Shown here: one piece after another, positions 38,331 through 52,006 of the stretch
Position numbering within the stretch: position 1 is the stretch's first letter
How the letters are laid out: every line of letters starts with the position of its first letter
Assembly: GCA_008632985.1 (NCBI GenBank)
Contig: QPGO01000323.1
Span: 1 to 55,287 of the forward strand
From: Psammoneis japonica
Lineage: Eukaryota
DNA length: 55,287 bases
Reading direction: 5' to 3'
Made by a program: the position numbers and the translations under genes
The notes under the pieces: model-generated
Databases searched by the model: none
Told to the model about the DNA's origin: nothing
The model's input: the letters and a program-made list of their open reading frames with translations, nothing else

Positions 38331-39644
38331 TGCTACACTGGGGCACCAGCAGCATCCGAGACCCGCAGACAAGGCCATGAGTCACAAATCATCAAACCCC
38401 ACCATCTCATGGTGTGCACACGCACGCAAACATTGGTCGGCCACACTCCAGATTGAAGTCGACATCACTTGTTGGGGGTGCAACATTTTCATTTGTTTTC
38501 ACCATCCTGATTGGCACCTTTTGCACTCATCGCTCCTGGGCACATTTTGTTCAATGTGCACTTGTTGACTTGTGTGCCAACGTGCCAAGCAACATGGCAG
38601 AATTGCTCCTTTGTCTCTGAACAATTGCATTTCATTCCAACTGAAACATGTTCATTTTCACATTGCACATGCATTTGTGCCAAAAGTGTGGCATTTCTGT
38701 CTTCATGACAAGCGTCAATCATTCAGCAAAATTTTCACCTTTTTCTGTTTCCCCTCACACAAAAAAAAACATCCTCACCATCGACTCACAATCGTGCATG
38801 GGGCATTTGTCCCCTCCACTTGTGATCTGTGGATCCAATCCCCTGCGCATTTTGTGATCACTGCAGAGCCGCGAAAGCAGTGTGACGAGGAGTCCGTGGA
38901 TTCTCTGCATGAGACTGCACGGGTTCTCCATGAATCAACATTTCTGCTGCACTTGATGGTGTGCTGGAAGCGCGGGTTGGCCGGCGCTGGCTTGGCTGGC
39001 AAAGGAGCCACAGCACTCCAAACGTGGATCTGGTTTTTTTCGTGTGCAGCTCTTTGCCTCGTGCGATCTTTCAAAAACTCTTTGTGGATTTTTGGCGGCA
39101 GCCGGCTGGGCTGGATTGCAGCCACACGCTCTCTGGGTCAGCTGCGCGGCTGCATTTTGAAATGAACTCCTCTGGCTCATGCCACTTGTCAGCTGAGAAG
39201 TGACTGAGACAAGCTCCAGCTCCAGGTGGGGCCTTGTGCTGCCGAGCTGTGACATCATGCCGCATGTTGTGCACGCAGGCAGCTGCATGACTTTGGCCAA
39301 TTTTTTTTGCCATTTTGTGGCGCAACTGTTGGGTTGTCCACTCAACAACTTTTGACATTTGTCTCTTCCACGCCGCCCTCAAATGTCTCAAGAATGGAGC
39401 AGGGCAAGTGGAGGTTCAAAAAAGCCAAGTGTGAGTGGACTTGCATGTGCTGCAAACATGGTTGTTTGTTTGATGTTGAAGACAAACACATCCTTCAACT
39501 GAGTTGTTGCACCGCAGAGCTTGCGCGCAGAATTCTGCGGGCCCAACGTCTGCAGGCCCAACGTCATGTGGAGTCCCGCCCAGGGCTGGAGCCCATCTTG
39601 ATTCTGCGCTTGATTCCACGTCCTTGCTGTGGCAGATCACAGCT

Positions 39645-40497
39645 CGAGGCCCTTTTTCAGACCATGCTTTTTTGGATGGTGCAGGTGGCAAAACAGCTGG
39701 TCCATGCACGCCATGGCCACCAACACGTTGTTCGAGCATGCTGGTCTTGCACAGCTTTGCACATGCTCCAAGCCTTGTCAATGTCAACACTGCCACCAGA
39801 TGCGACAGGGCGGCTGTCAACCATGGCACCAGCCAGGTGGCAACGGAGCTTGCTCTTTTCAACATCATTTGAAGCAGTGCAGGCAGCACTCTCAGCCAGA
39901 CAATTGTCAAGGTGGAGAGCTGCTTCTTGCGCTGCCCAGCTGTGCTGCATTTTGAATTTCTTCTGGCGCAGCCATTTCCTTTTGTTTGTTTGCGCTGGTC
40001 ATCAGCTGACAAGCTGCGGTCTCTTTCTGTTGAGCCAGGGTTGCATGCGCAGTTGGAGTGTGGGGATGGCTGGTGCATCTGAACAATGCGCTCCAGCCCT
40101 GGGTGGGGCTGATGGGTTCCAGCCCCAGGCGGGACTCCGTGTGACATTGGGCCCACAGAATTCTGCGTGCGAGCTCCGCAGCAAATTTGTGCTGCAATGA
40201 AAATGCAAATGATCGCCAACAGAAAAAGAGGAAATTTTACAAACGCATCTCCTCCTTCACACTTGGAGCACATCATCAACAGCTTGCCTGGGTGTGTTCT
40301 TCAGATGTCAAAGAACACACCCAGTGCATTTTTGTTCTCATGAATGTTGAAAATGGAAAGCCTTTGGCTTCGCAAAACAGGGAGCGTGGAACAATTTTGC
40401 AGAATGTGACACGCGTGCACGACATGCGACGCAATCCAAAAAACTGTTGATGTCACAGTTCAGCAGTGCGAGGTCCCACCTGGAGCTGGAGCGCATC
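39645..40497. repeat. Module R followed by module S
   Basis: 39645-40105 matches 9400-9800; 40112-40497 matches 27145-27540. Confidence 0.7.
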
Positions 40498-42605
40498 TGA
40501 ACAAATGCTGACACACTGTCACAAATGCAGGCAGTTTATGTGCCATTGGCAATTGGTCCACTGTCGCTCAATCAGTGGCCCCGGTGGTGTGACATCTCTC
40601 AATTCTAGAACCGGTTGATGCTGTTCAACACTCTGTCTTGTCTTGCACCCAATTCTCAGCTGTCATGGCAGTGTTCATTCACTTTGTCAGAGCCAATGCG
40701 CTGTGATGTTCATCGCCTGGAACGGGCATCACGAACGGTGCGACGGCGTCGTTGCGATCAATCAATTTTTGCGGCAAGCGCCATGTTGGTCCCATGGTTG
40801 CTCATGCAATCGCTGAGTCCTTTGCACATGTCAACATTCATGGATGTGAACGACATGCTCTTGGAGACCAGAGCTGTGATCCGTCAGACATGACGTTGGA
40901 GTGCGGAATGTTTGATCACGTGGATGGAATGTGTTGGCTAAGGCATGCAAACATTCGTGACAAAGACAACACAATGATTTGTGCGCCAAGGTCTGTTGTT
41001 TGATCATGTGCGTTTCATTGATCAAAACACGTCATCAAATTGTTTGGACACTGCACATGTGGACACATGTCTGTTGGGTGTCATTGCTTTGGGGCAACAC
41101 CGCCTGCTCGCGGGTTCGCTGGGCAGAAACCACCAAATCGGCACAAGAGCCACACATTTTTTTCCTCCACTCACACAAGTGGATGCTCACGCGTCGAAAC
41201 ACAAACAACCACTGATGCACCATGGCCGCTGCCGCAGCCTTTGCCACCTGTCTTGCGCATTGCGGATGCAATGCACAGACGCGTGCCTGCACAGCCCGTC
41301 AAGGCTTCACTGCTGTCGAGGACCTGGAACAGGTCCCTTTGACTGAAATTGCCGACATGACAAAGGGCATTGTGAAGAGCGTGGATGCCGCCGCTGACCC
41401 TCAAGTCCACTTTCCCCACCTGGCAAGTCGCAAGCTCAAGGCACTGCACGCATGGATTGACTGCCGCAGAGCCCAGAATCAAGAGCCGACTGCTGCTCTC
41501 TTCGCTGGGCGACGTCATTGGGACATGGACGGCATGTCTGACGGAACCAGAGCAATTCAAGTCCGCTGACTCAGACGACAAATCGGCTGCCAAAACCGCC
41601 GTGGAACTCAAGAACCCACATGACTGGCCTTCCTTCCAGGAGCCATTGGAGACCGAACTACGTCATCACCGCAGTGCCGTCACCGGAGTGCCCCTTGTCC
41701 ACCTGACTGGGGAACATGAAGGTGTCACTGCCGAGATGTTGGCTGCCACCTGCGCTGCCATTGACAAGGACCTCATTGCTGCCACCCGTCTTGCAGGAGC
41801 TCAGCATGCACAGGACAGGCAACGCCTGCATGACCTCTTGAAGAAGCCAGTGACAGGGGGGCCTGGGTGGGCTTTTGTCAAACCTTCCAATCGCAGCCAC
41901 GATGGTTGCACTGCCTTCTTTGCACTTGAGAGGCAGGCGGAAGGATCGACTGCCGCCACCACCCGAAAGAACCGTGCTCATGCACAGATTGCCACCGCGA
42001 AGTGCACCGGACGAGGTCAATTTACATTTGATCAGTGTGTTCAGCGTCATCAAAAGGCTCGCAACGACTTGTCTGAGCTCAACGAACCGGCAGCCAAGAC
42101 CAAGAAGGTCTCTGACTTTCTGAAGGGCATTTCCGACCCTGGGTTGGAAACTGGTGAGAGCGCAGTGGATGGAGACCCAACGAAGCTGGTGGACTTTGAG
42201 GCATGCCAGCAGTGTGTGAAAACTCTGGTCAAGAATGCCAAGAACTGCAATGTTGACACTCGCAGGGTTGCATCCATCCAACGCTGCAACAACAGGCACA
42301 CTGACCCTGGTGGGAAGCACCAACCTAAAAAGGACAAGCCCAGAATCCGGGCAGGTCATTGTCCCATCGAAGAGTGGAGTGCTCTTGACGGTCCCGAACG
42401 AGAGCAAGTCCAAAAGCTCCGTGGTGCCAAGAAGGCCGAGAAGAAATGCAAAGCTGCTGCTGCGTCCTTGGAGGCTGAGTCGGTCGACACCAAAACTCGC
42501 GCCGCAAAGAAAGTGGCTGTCGCCGAGCCCACTTCTCAACCTGCTGATGCACCAAAAGACTCCGAAGAGAATGACAAACCTGCCGCCAATGCAGGTGCCC
42601 AACTC
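40498..42605 (+). mobile_element. 5' part of a third copia family (C): LTR, PBS-like site and gag
   Basis: TG..CA segment 40498-40681 followed by ctttgtcagagcc (40682-40694). Gag motifs GVPLVHL, GGPGWAFVK, DGCTAFFAL, KKVSDFLKGISDP. Confidence 0.82.
41215..42605 (+). pseudogene. gag: copia C gag, frameshifted and cut at its 3' end
   Basis: ORFs 41222-41569 and 41385-42617. Confidence 0.78.
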
Positions 42606-43060
42606 CACTGCAGATGAGATTCTCTTCATTTATGCTCCGAACACTTTATTCTGAGCAACGCTTCATTTAAATTGTCCCGACACAATGTGGGACATTCAGA
42701 GCAAACAAGAGTCAATTAAGGCGACAACGCCCATGCAGAGCACAATCAGAGTAAATTTGGTCATTCGGAGCCATAGAATTTTGTTTGGAGCATTGCATCC
42801 AGAGCATCAATTTGCAAATTAGAGCATTGTGCTGACATTCAGAGCGCTGCTGTGATTGTGTCCATTCAATCAGAGCACGACTCTGAATGATGTTTGGATG
42901 CCCGTGGAATCTCCATTTAATTGGAGCAAAGCTCTGAATGGACAACGGACATTTGGCTAGAGCAAAGCTCTGAATGAACAACGGACGACGACAGCCTCTC
43001 CATTTAAACAGATCACAGCTGTGATCAAATTTGCTGATGCTCTGAATGACTGTCATTTAC
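42606..43060 (+). mobile_element. Probable CACTA/CMC transposon terminus with subterminal repeats (second copy at 47839-48293)
   Basis: Begins CACTGC (CACTAC if TA is restored) at the point where gag C stops. About 15 copies of a TCAGAGCA/GCTCTGA-type motif follow, in both orientations. Confidence 0.6.
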
Positions 43061-43179
43061 GAAGCTGTGCTTCGATTGACTCTGTTGACAAACACATCCG
43101 CCGAACCCTGACTGTGCCGGTGAAATCAATCCCAAGCAATCACATGTTGTGTTGCGTCGTGCGCATGTGTTGTGTTGCC

Positions 43180-43500
43180 TTGTTGTTTGTTGTTGTTGTT
43201 TCGGGTTGTCCTTTGGCGCCGTTTGTTAGATGCAGCTGACATGGTCTTTTGACAACACTGCACACACAATGCAAACCTGCAATTGCAAGAACCATTCAAT
43301 GCGTTCATGCAAACCCAAACTGCCTTTCTTTGTCCAACCTTGTAACTGCTTGATCCAAAAACAACATCACACTTTTCGCCACAGCACTTTGTGGGGAACA
43401 GTGGGTTGGTTTTGAAGCACGCTTGAGTGGAATATTTTCCGTCATCTTGATGGACCAAGGCATGGAACAAGTGAGCCTCCTCGCACTTGCACTGCAAACA
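43180..43500 (-). pseudogene. Small Cys-rich, possibly zinc-binding protein fragment (second copy at about 48413-48733)
   Basis: CEEAH..PTKCCGEKC..VWVCMN..CRFALCVQC within ORF 43126-43686; some of the Cys are probably former Tyr. Confidence 0.4.
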
Positions 43501-43879
43501 CAAACAAACAAACACAATTGGTTTGCATGCGTGAACAAGACAACACAACAACAGGCATGCCAAATCAACAATGACGTTCGCTCCACACCTGCGAATTGCA
43601 AGCAGTTGTTTGATCCACTTGAGCCACAACGAGTGTTGCAGTTTTGTGTGTGCGTTTGTCATTTGCTGTCTTTGTCTTTGTTGCAAACAAACAACAAAGT
43701 GAGAGGTGATGTTTCCAAGACACTGCGCACAATCTGCACGACTTCATCATGCATTCTCACCGCTTTGTTTTGCAATGGATTTAACAATGGTTTAGAGTGG
43801 TTGGCTGGTTGAGTCTGCAAAAGAAATGCCATCATGACACACATTGAATGCCGTTGGATCAACTTCTCAATGGCAATCC

Positions 43880-44500
43880 GGAGCACCAACAATGCTCTCA
43901 CCTTTTCATTTGCGCCATTTGCCATTGTCTCTTCGACCTTTCTCATTGCAAACAACAATGGCTGTGTGAGACGTGTCCGATGAATTGCACAATTGGCTGC
44001 AAGACAATGTGATCTTGCCGTCTTCTGTGGTGCTCTCTCTGGCATTTCAGCAACTGGGGATGGTTGAGTCTGGCATCCAGCAATGACACCCCAAAGTGGT
44101 TGGAGCAATTGTTTCATTTGCAACTGGAGCACCGACAATGCTCTCACCTTTTCATTGTTGCCACTGTCAACCACCTCATTTGCCTGGTCATGAAGAACAG
44201 CAGGAGCAGTGTGATTGGTCAATCCAATCCATGTGTCGTGCTCTGCCTCAGAACTCTGTTCACCCACTTGTTTTTTTGTGCTCGCTCCAGTGTTTCAACT
44301 GTCTGGGATGGTTTGGTGTGGCATCCCAGCAACCCAATGAGGCCAAAGAGCTGTTAGAGCAACAGTCCAAATTGACAGCTGGAGCACCGACAATGCTCTC
44401 ACCTTTTCTTTTGCACCAGTTGGCTCGTCCATCTCATCAACCTTTTGCATGAAGAACAGTGGTGTGAGCGACGTGCAATTCAGCCGCATGACATGGTGCA
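43880..44500. repeat. Three diverged units of about 250 bp
   Basis: ggagcacc(a/g)acaatgctctcaccttttc at about 43880, 44126 and 44381. Confidence 0.7.
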
Positions 44501-45130
44501 TTTTTCTTGCCGCTGGAGCGTTCCCGGGCTCTTGTTCCATCCTGCAACAAGGGGACCCAGACAGCTGTGTCTGACAAGCCAAAAAAGGCATCAAAGCGGA
44601 AGTTGGTTAGAGCCATCCAACACCACAGCAATTGGACCACCAAATCACACAGTCACCTGTGACACATCCAAATCCATGGTGAGGGGTTCTGGTTCATCAT
44701 TGCGCTCCCGACGAGGAATTTGCTCTGCCTCCTTCTCCTTCTCGGTTAACTTCCGCTTTGCCGTTGGTTCGGATGGGCAATTTAGCGCGGTGTCCATGGT
44801 CAGTGTTGACACCTGAGTTTCGAACTCATGTTGCAGATCAAGCACAATCTCTTCGTTGACCATTTGGGATGAACTGGTGACTGTCATGCTGCCACGAATC
44901 GACTGGAGCAAATCTTCCTTGGACAGCGGAACTCCCATTTGTTCTGACAACATGCTTGCTGTTTTCGCAAGGTCCACAAGGGATGCAATGTCAATGTCTT
45001 TGCTGGATGCTCCCTGAGCAACTTGTTTTGATGCTTCGGTGTTCTCCTCCTGCTGTCAAGGACCGGAAATGGGAACGAAGTTGTCAACCAAACAAGATTG
45101 TCAACAAAAGGACAAACAAACAATGTGCGA

Positions 45131-45895
45131 CTAACTCACCGCCACTGGTTTCATCGACACGATGTAAAACTTTGCTTTGGTTGTTGTCCCCGCATTGGTT
45201 GCAGCGGGGACGGCCACATGTGTTTTACCTCCATTCTCCTTGTTGCTCTTGTGCATTGTAGTTGCCACACACCAGCCTGCTTTCCGCAGCATAAACTCGA
45301 CAAACATTTTAATTGTTTGACATTTGGCTTGGCGTGCCACCACAGCAAACCCGCCTCTGTCATCGCGGTGCATTTTGCGAGGTTTGCTGGAAGTGTCCGT
45401 GGTGTGCGGCATGAGCTTCATGTTGTTTGCGGTGAACCATTTGTCAATGGCAGCAGCCAGCCATCCTCTGTTGCGATGAAAGGCGTGGAAAACTTGACAC
45501 ACGAGCTGCTGATTCTCGGTTGTGTTGTCCATGCTTGCCAGAATGTTTTTGAAGTCTTCTGTTGTGACGGGATTGGTGTTTGTTGATGGCATCACCACTT
45601 CCTTGTCCATTGCATTTTTCTGACAGCCCTCCAGGTGTTGAGTCATGACGTGTTGTCGAAGGGACGACCGGATTTGTGCCACCTCTTGAAGCATCTTCTT
45701 GCCATTGGGCGGCACCGTCTCCACCTCACCAAGTTGTGGACGTGCCTTTAGGCATGACCACAAAAGAGCAGCATCCTCTGGTCTTGTGGGGTCAGCCCCT
45801 GTCGTCGGATGGAAAAAGTCTCTTGGACAATCCAATGGACGATTGGGCGCTGTTGTTTTTTCCCCTGGATTTGTTGCAGAAGCTTCCCACTGCAT
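45131..45895 (-). pseudogene. Unknown protein-like ORF, possibly spliced to 44645-44977 (second copy at 50334-51128)
   Basis: Composition looks like a real globular protein; no family recognised. Confidence 0.4.
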
Positions 45896-48800
45896 GTCAG
45901 ATCACAATGTTGGCTTCCAAACACACACTTTGATTTCAAATGCACCTGCCTGTGTTCCCTGCTGTTGCAACATCTGTCCTTGACGGGGTTGTGTTTCCCT
46001 CTGTTGAAGTGTTTGCCCTCGATGTGTTTGTAAGATCAAGGCTGACGACCGACACCTGTGTCTGATGAAATGAATTCGTCATTGTGTTTTCGACTTCTAA
46101 TTGCTTTTCACACTTGTGGATGGTCCGGGACGAGCCGAATCTGTTTGGCGCAATTGCAAAGTCACGGTTGCATGTTCTCATTGCACGGTTTTTGAGTTGT
46201 GTTCAGTTTCATTCATTTCTGCATTTTTTGTTGTTTCAATCAAGCACTGTTGTTCTGAAATGAACATTCACAACCATGTCGACCTGTTGTGTTAAGAAGA
46301 TTGTTCTTTCCTCCCATTTGCAACAAAATTTTCTTTAAACAAAAATTGGGTTCTCATTGGTTCACTTTTGAATGCATGATTTTCCACAATTGAAGTTTGA
46401 TTTTTCATGTGTGTTCTTTTTTAAAGTGAACGCTTCATCTACGTTGTTGAATGAAATGCATTGTGCAATCACACGATTGGGTGGGAGTGCATGCACGCGC
46501 GCGTGCTGCTCTTTCAGCGTGTGGAACATGTGTGGGGCCCCACGTGCAGGGCTTGTCTGCAAATGCGCAGTGCAGCAGAGTGCATGTGTTTTGCGCTTTT
46601 GGTGATTGAGAGCACATGCGTTGCTCCACCTCATTTTCACAAATCCTCTGCGCTGCGCAAGCCCATCAACAGAACTGCGATCCCTCCCCTCTTTTCCATC
46701 CAATCATCTTTTGGGACTCTTCTTGAATCTTGCATCTTGCTCTTTTGTGCGTTGAACAATCCCAAATGACGCCATGGACGACATGGCAAACAATTGGGGG
46801 TGCAATTTGGTTGCCGTTAGCCCGCGTGGCTTAAAACGCAATGGCGAAGATTTGATGAATTCTTCCATGGACATCGGCCATCACAAGCAGTTGGAAGAAG
46901 TCATTTTTTGTCACTTTGATGGCGAATTGCTGCTGCACAAAGTGACGCCAAACGGCTCCAATGCAAATTTGTTGGCTGCCACCTGCACTGCCATTGACGA
47001 GGACCTCATTGCTGCCACCCGTCTTGCAGGAGCTCAGCATGCACAGGACAGGCAATGCCTGCATGACCTCTTGAAGAAGCCAGTGACAGGGGGGCCTGGG
47101 TGGGCTTTTGTCAAACCTTCCAATCGCAGCCACGATGGTTGCACTGCCTTCTTTGCACTTGAGAGGCAGGCGGAAGGATCAACTGCCGCCACCACCCGAA
47201 AGAACTGTGCTCATGCACAGATTGCCACCGCAAAGTGCACCGGACGAGGTCAATTTACATTTGACCAGTGTGTTCAGCGTCATCAAAAGGCTCGCAACGA
47301 CTTGTCTGAGCTCAACGAACCGGCAGCCAAGACCAAGAAGGTCTCTGACTTTCTGAAGGGCATTTCTGACCCTGGGTTGGAAACTGGTGAGAGCGCAGTG
47401 GATGGAGACCCAACGAAGCTGGTGGACTTTGAGGCATGCCAGCAGTGTGTGAAAACTCTGGTCGAGAATGCCAAGAACCGCAATGTTGACACTCGCAGGG
47501 TTGCATCCATCCAATGCTGCAACAACAGGCACACTGACCCTGGTGGGAAGCACCAACCTAAAAAGGACAAGCCCAGAATCCGGGCAGGTCATTGTCCCAT
47601 CAAAGAGTGGAGTGCTCTTGACGGTCCCGAACGAGAGCAAGTCCAAAAGCTCCGTGATGCCAAGAAGGCCGAGAAGAAATGCAAAGCTGCTGCTGCGTCC
47701 TTGGAGGCTGAGTCGGTCGACACCAAAACTCGTGCCGCAAAGAAAGTGGCTGTCGCCGAGCCCACTTCTCAACCTGCTGATGCACCGAAAGACTCCGAAG
47801 AGAATGACAAACCTGCCGCCAATGCAGGTGCCCAACTCCACTGCAGATGAGATTCTCTTCATTTGTGCTCCGAACACTTTATTCTGAGCAACGCTTCATT
47901 TAAATTGTCCCGACACAATGTGGGACATTCAGAGCAAACAAGAGTCAATTAAGGCGACAACGCCCATGCAGAGCACAATCAGAGTAAATTTGGTCATTCG
48001 GAGCCATGGAATTTTGTTTGGAGCATTGCATCCAGAGCATCAATTTGCAAATTAGAGCATTGTGCTGACATTCAGAGCGCTGCTGTGATTGTGTCCATTC
48101 AATCAGAGCACGACTCTGAATGATGTTTGGATGCCCGTGGAATCTCCATTTAATTGGAGCAAAGCTCTGAATGGACAACGGACATTTGGCTAGAGCAAAG
48201 CTCTGAATGAACAACGGACGACGACAGCCTCTCCATTTAAACAGATCACAGCTGTGATCAAATTTGCTGATGCTCTGAATGACTGTCATTTACGAAGCTG
48301 TGCTTCGATTGACTCTGTTGACAAACACATCCGCCGAACCCTGACTGTGCCGGTGAAATCAATCCCAAGCAATCACATGTTGTGTTGCGTTGTGCGCATG
48401 TGTTGTGTTGCCTTGTTGTTTGTTGTTGTTGTTTCGGGTTGTCCTTTGGCGCCGTTTGTTAGATGCAGCTGACATGGTCTTTTGACAACACTGCACACAC
48501 AATGCAAACCTGCAATTGCAGGAACCATTCAATGCGTTCATGCAAACCCAAACTGCCTTTCTTTGTCCAACCTTGTAACTGCTTGATCCAAAAACAACAT
48601 CACACTTTTCACCACAGCACTTTGCAGGGAACAGTGGGTTGGTTTTGAAGCACGCTTGAGTGGAATGTTTTCCGTCATCTTGATGGACCAAGGCATGGAA
48701 CAAGTGAGCCTCCTCGCACTTGCACTGCAAACACAAACAAACAAACACAATTGGTTTGCATGCGTGGACAAGACAACACAACAACAGGCATGCCAAATCA

Positions 48801-51800
48801 ACAATGACGTTTGCTCCACACCTGCGAATTGCAAGCAGTTGTTTGATCCACTTGAGCCACAACGAGTGTTGCAGTTTTGTGTGTGCGTTTGTCATTTGCT
48901 GTCTTTGTCTTTGTTGCAAACAAACAACAAAGTGAGAGGTGATGTTTCCAAGACACTGCGCACAATCTGCACGACTTCATCATGCATTCTCACCGCTTTG
49001 TTTTGCAATGGATTTAACAATGGTTTAGAGTGGTTGGCTGGTTGAGTCTGCAAAAGAAATGCCATCATGACACACATTGAATGCCGTTGGATCAACTTCT
49101 CAATGGCAATCTGGAGCACCAACAATGCTCTCACCTTTTCATTTGTGCCATTTGCCATTGTCTCTTCGACCTTTCTCATTGCAAACAACAATGGCTGTGT
49201 GAGATGTGTCCGATGAATTGCACAATTGGCTGCAAGACAATGTGATCTTGCCGTCTTCTGTGGTGCTCTCTCTGGCATTTCAGCAACTGGGGATGGTTGA
49301 GTCTGGCATCCAGCAATGACGCCCCAAAGTGGTTGGAGCAATTGTTTCATTTGCAACTGGAGCACCGACAATGCTCTCACCTTTTCATTGTTGCCACTGT
49401 CAACCACCTCATTTGCCTGGTCATGAAGAACAGCAGGAGCAGTGTGATTGGTCAATCCAATCCATGTGTCGTGCTCTGCCTCAGAACTCTGTTCACCCAC
49501 TTGTTTTTTTTGTGCTCGCTCCAGTGTTTCAACTGTCTGGGATGGTTTGGTGTGGCATCCAGCAACCCAATGAGGCCAAAGAGCTGTTAGAGCAACAGTC
49601 CAAATTGACAGCTGGAGCACCGACAATGCTCTCACCTTTTCTTTTGCACCAGTTGGCTCGTCCATCTCATCAACCTTTTGCATGAAGAACAGTGGTGTGA
49701 GCGACGTGCAATTCAGCCGCATGACATGGTGCATTTTTCTTGCCGCTGGAGCGTTCCCGGGCTCTTGTTCCATCCTGCAACAAGGGGACCCAGACAGCTG
49801 TGTCTGACAAGCCAAAAAAGGCATCAAAGCGGAAGTTGGTTAGAGCCATCCAACACCACAGCAATTGGACCACCAAATCACACAGTCACCTGTGACACAT
49901 CCAAATCCATGGTGAGGGGTTCTAGTTCATCATTGCGCTCCCGACGAGGAATTTGCTCTGCCTCCTTCTCCTTCTCGGTTAACTTCCGCTTTGCCGTTGG
50001 TTCGGATGGGCAATTTAGCGCGGTGTCCATGGTCAGTGTTGACACCTGAGTTTCGAACTCATGTTGCAGATCAAGCACAATCTCTTCGTTGACCATTTGG
50101 GATGAACTGGTGACTGTCATGCTGCCACGAATCGACTGGAGCAAATCTTCCTTGGACAGCGGAACTCCCATTTGTTCTGACAACATGCTTGCTGTTTTCG
50201 CAAGGTCCACAAGGGATGCAATGTCAATGTCTTTGCTGGATGCTCCCTGAGCAACTTGTTTTGATGCTTCAGTGTTCTCCTCCTGCTGTCAAGGACCGGA
50301 AATGGGAACGAAGTCGTCAACCAAACAAGATTGTCAACAAAAGGACAAACAAACAATGTGCGACTGACTCACCGCCACTGGTTTCATCGACACGATGTAA
50401 AACTTTGCTTTGGTTGTTGTTTCCGCATTGGTTGCAGCGGGGACGGCCACATGTGTTTTACCTCCATTCTCCTTGTTGCTCTTGTGCATTGTAGTTGCCA
50501 CACACCAGCCTGCTTTCCGCAGCATGAACTCGACAAACGTTTTAATTGTTTGACATTTGGCTTGGCGTGCCACCACAGCAAACCCGCCTCTGTCATCACG
50601 GTGCATTTTGCGAGGTTTGCTGGAAGCGTCCGTGGTGCGCGGCATGAGCTTCATGTTGTTTGCGGTGAACCATTTGTCAATGGCAGCAGCCAGCCATCCT
50701 CTGTTGCGATGAAAGGCGTGGAAAACTTGACACACGAGCTGCTGATTCTCGGTTGTGTTGTCCATGCTTGCCAGAATGTTTTTGAAGTCTTCTGTTGTGA
50801 CGGGATTGGTGTTTGTTGATGGCATCACCACTTCCTTGTCCATTGCATTTTTCTGACAGCCCTCCAGGTGTTGAGTCATGACGTGTTGTCGAAGGGACGA
50901 CCGGATTTGTGCCACCTCTTGAAGCATCTTCTTGCCATTGGGCGGCACCGTCTCCACCTCACCAAGTTGTGGACGTGCCTTTAGGCATGACCACAAAAGA
51001 GCAGCATCCTCTGGTCTTGTGGGGTCAGCCCCTGTCGTCGGATGGAAAAAGTCTCTTGGACAATCCAATGGACGATTGGGCACTGTTGTTTTTTCCCCTG
51101 GATTTGTTGCAGAAGCTTCCCACTGCATGTCAGATCACAATGTTGGCTTCCAAACACACACTTTGATTTCAAATGCACCTGCCTGTGTTCCCCGCTGTTG
51201 CAACATCTGTCCTTGACGGGGTTGTGTTTCCCTCTGTTGAAGTGTTTGCCCTCGATGTGTTTGCAAGATCAAGGCTGACGACCGACACCTGTGTCTGATG
51301 AAATGAGTTCGTCATTGTGTTTTTGACTTCTGATTGCTTTTCACACTTGTGGATGGTCCGGGACAAGCCGAATCTGTTTGGCGCAATTGCAAAGTCACGG
51401 TTGCATGTTCTCATTGCGCGGTTTTTGAGTTGTGTTCAGTTTCATTCATTTCTGCATTTTTTGTTGTTTCAATCAAGCACTGTTGTTCTGAAATGAACAC
51501 TCACAACCATGTCGACCTGTTGTGTTAAGAAGATTGTTCTTTCCTCCCATTTGCAACAAAATTTTCTTTAAACAAAAATTGGGTTCTCATTGGCTCACTT
51601 TTGAATGCATGATTTTCCACAATTGAAGTTTGATTTTTCATGTGTGTTCTTTTTTAAAGTGAGCGCTTCATCTACGTTGTTGAATGAAATGCATTGTGCA
51701 ATCACACGATTGGGTGGGAGTGCATGCGCGCGCGCGTGCTGCTCTTTCAGCGTGTGGAACATGTGTGGGGCCCCACGTGCAGGGCTTGTCTGCAAATGCG

Positions 51801-52006
51801 CAGTGCAGCAGAATGCATGTGTTTTGCGCTTTTGGTGATTGAGAGCACATGCGTTGCTCCACCTCATTTTCACAAATCCTCTGCGCTGCGCAAGCCCATC
51901 AACAGAACTGCGATCCCTCCCCTCTTTTCCATCCAATCATCTTTTGGGACTCTTCTTGAATCTTGCATCTTGCTCTTTTGCGCGTTGAACAATCCCAAAC
52001 GATGCC

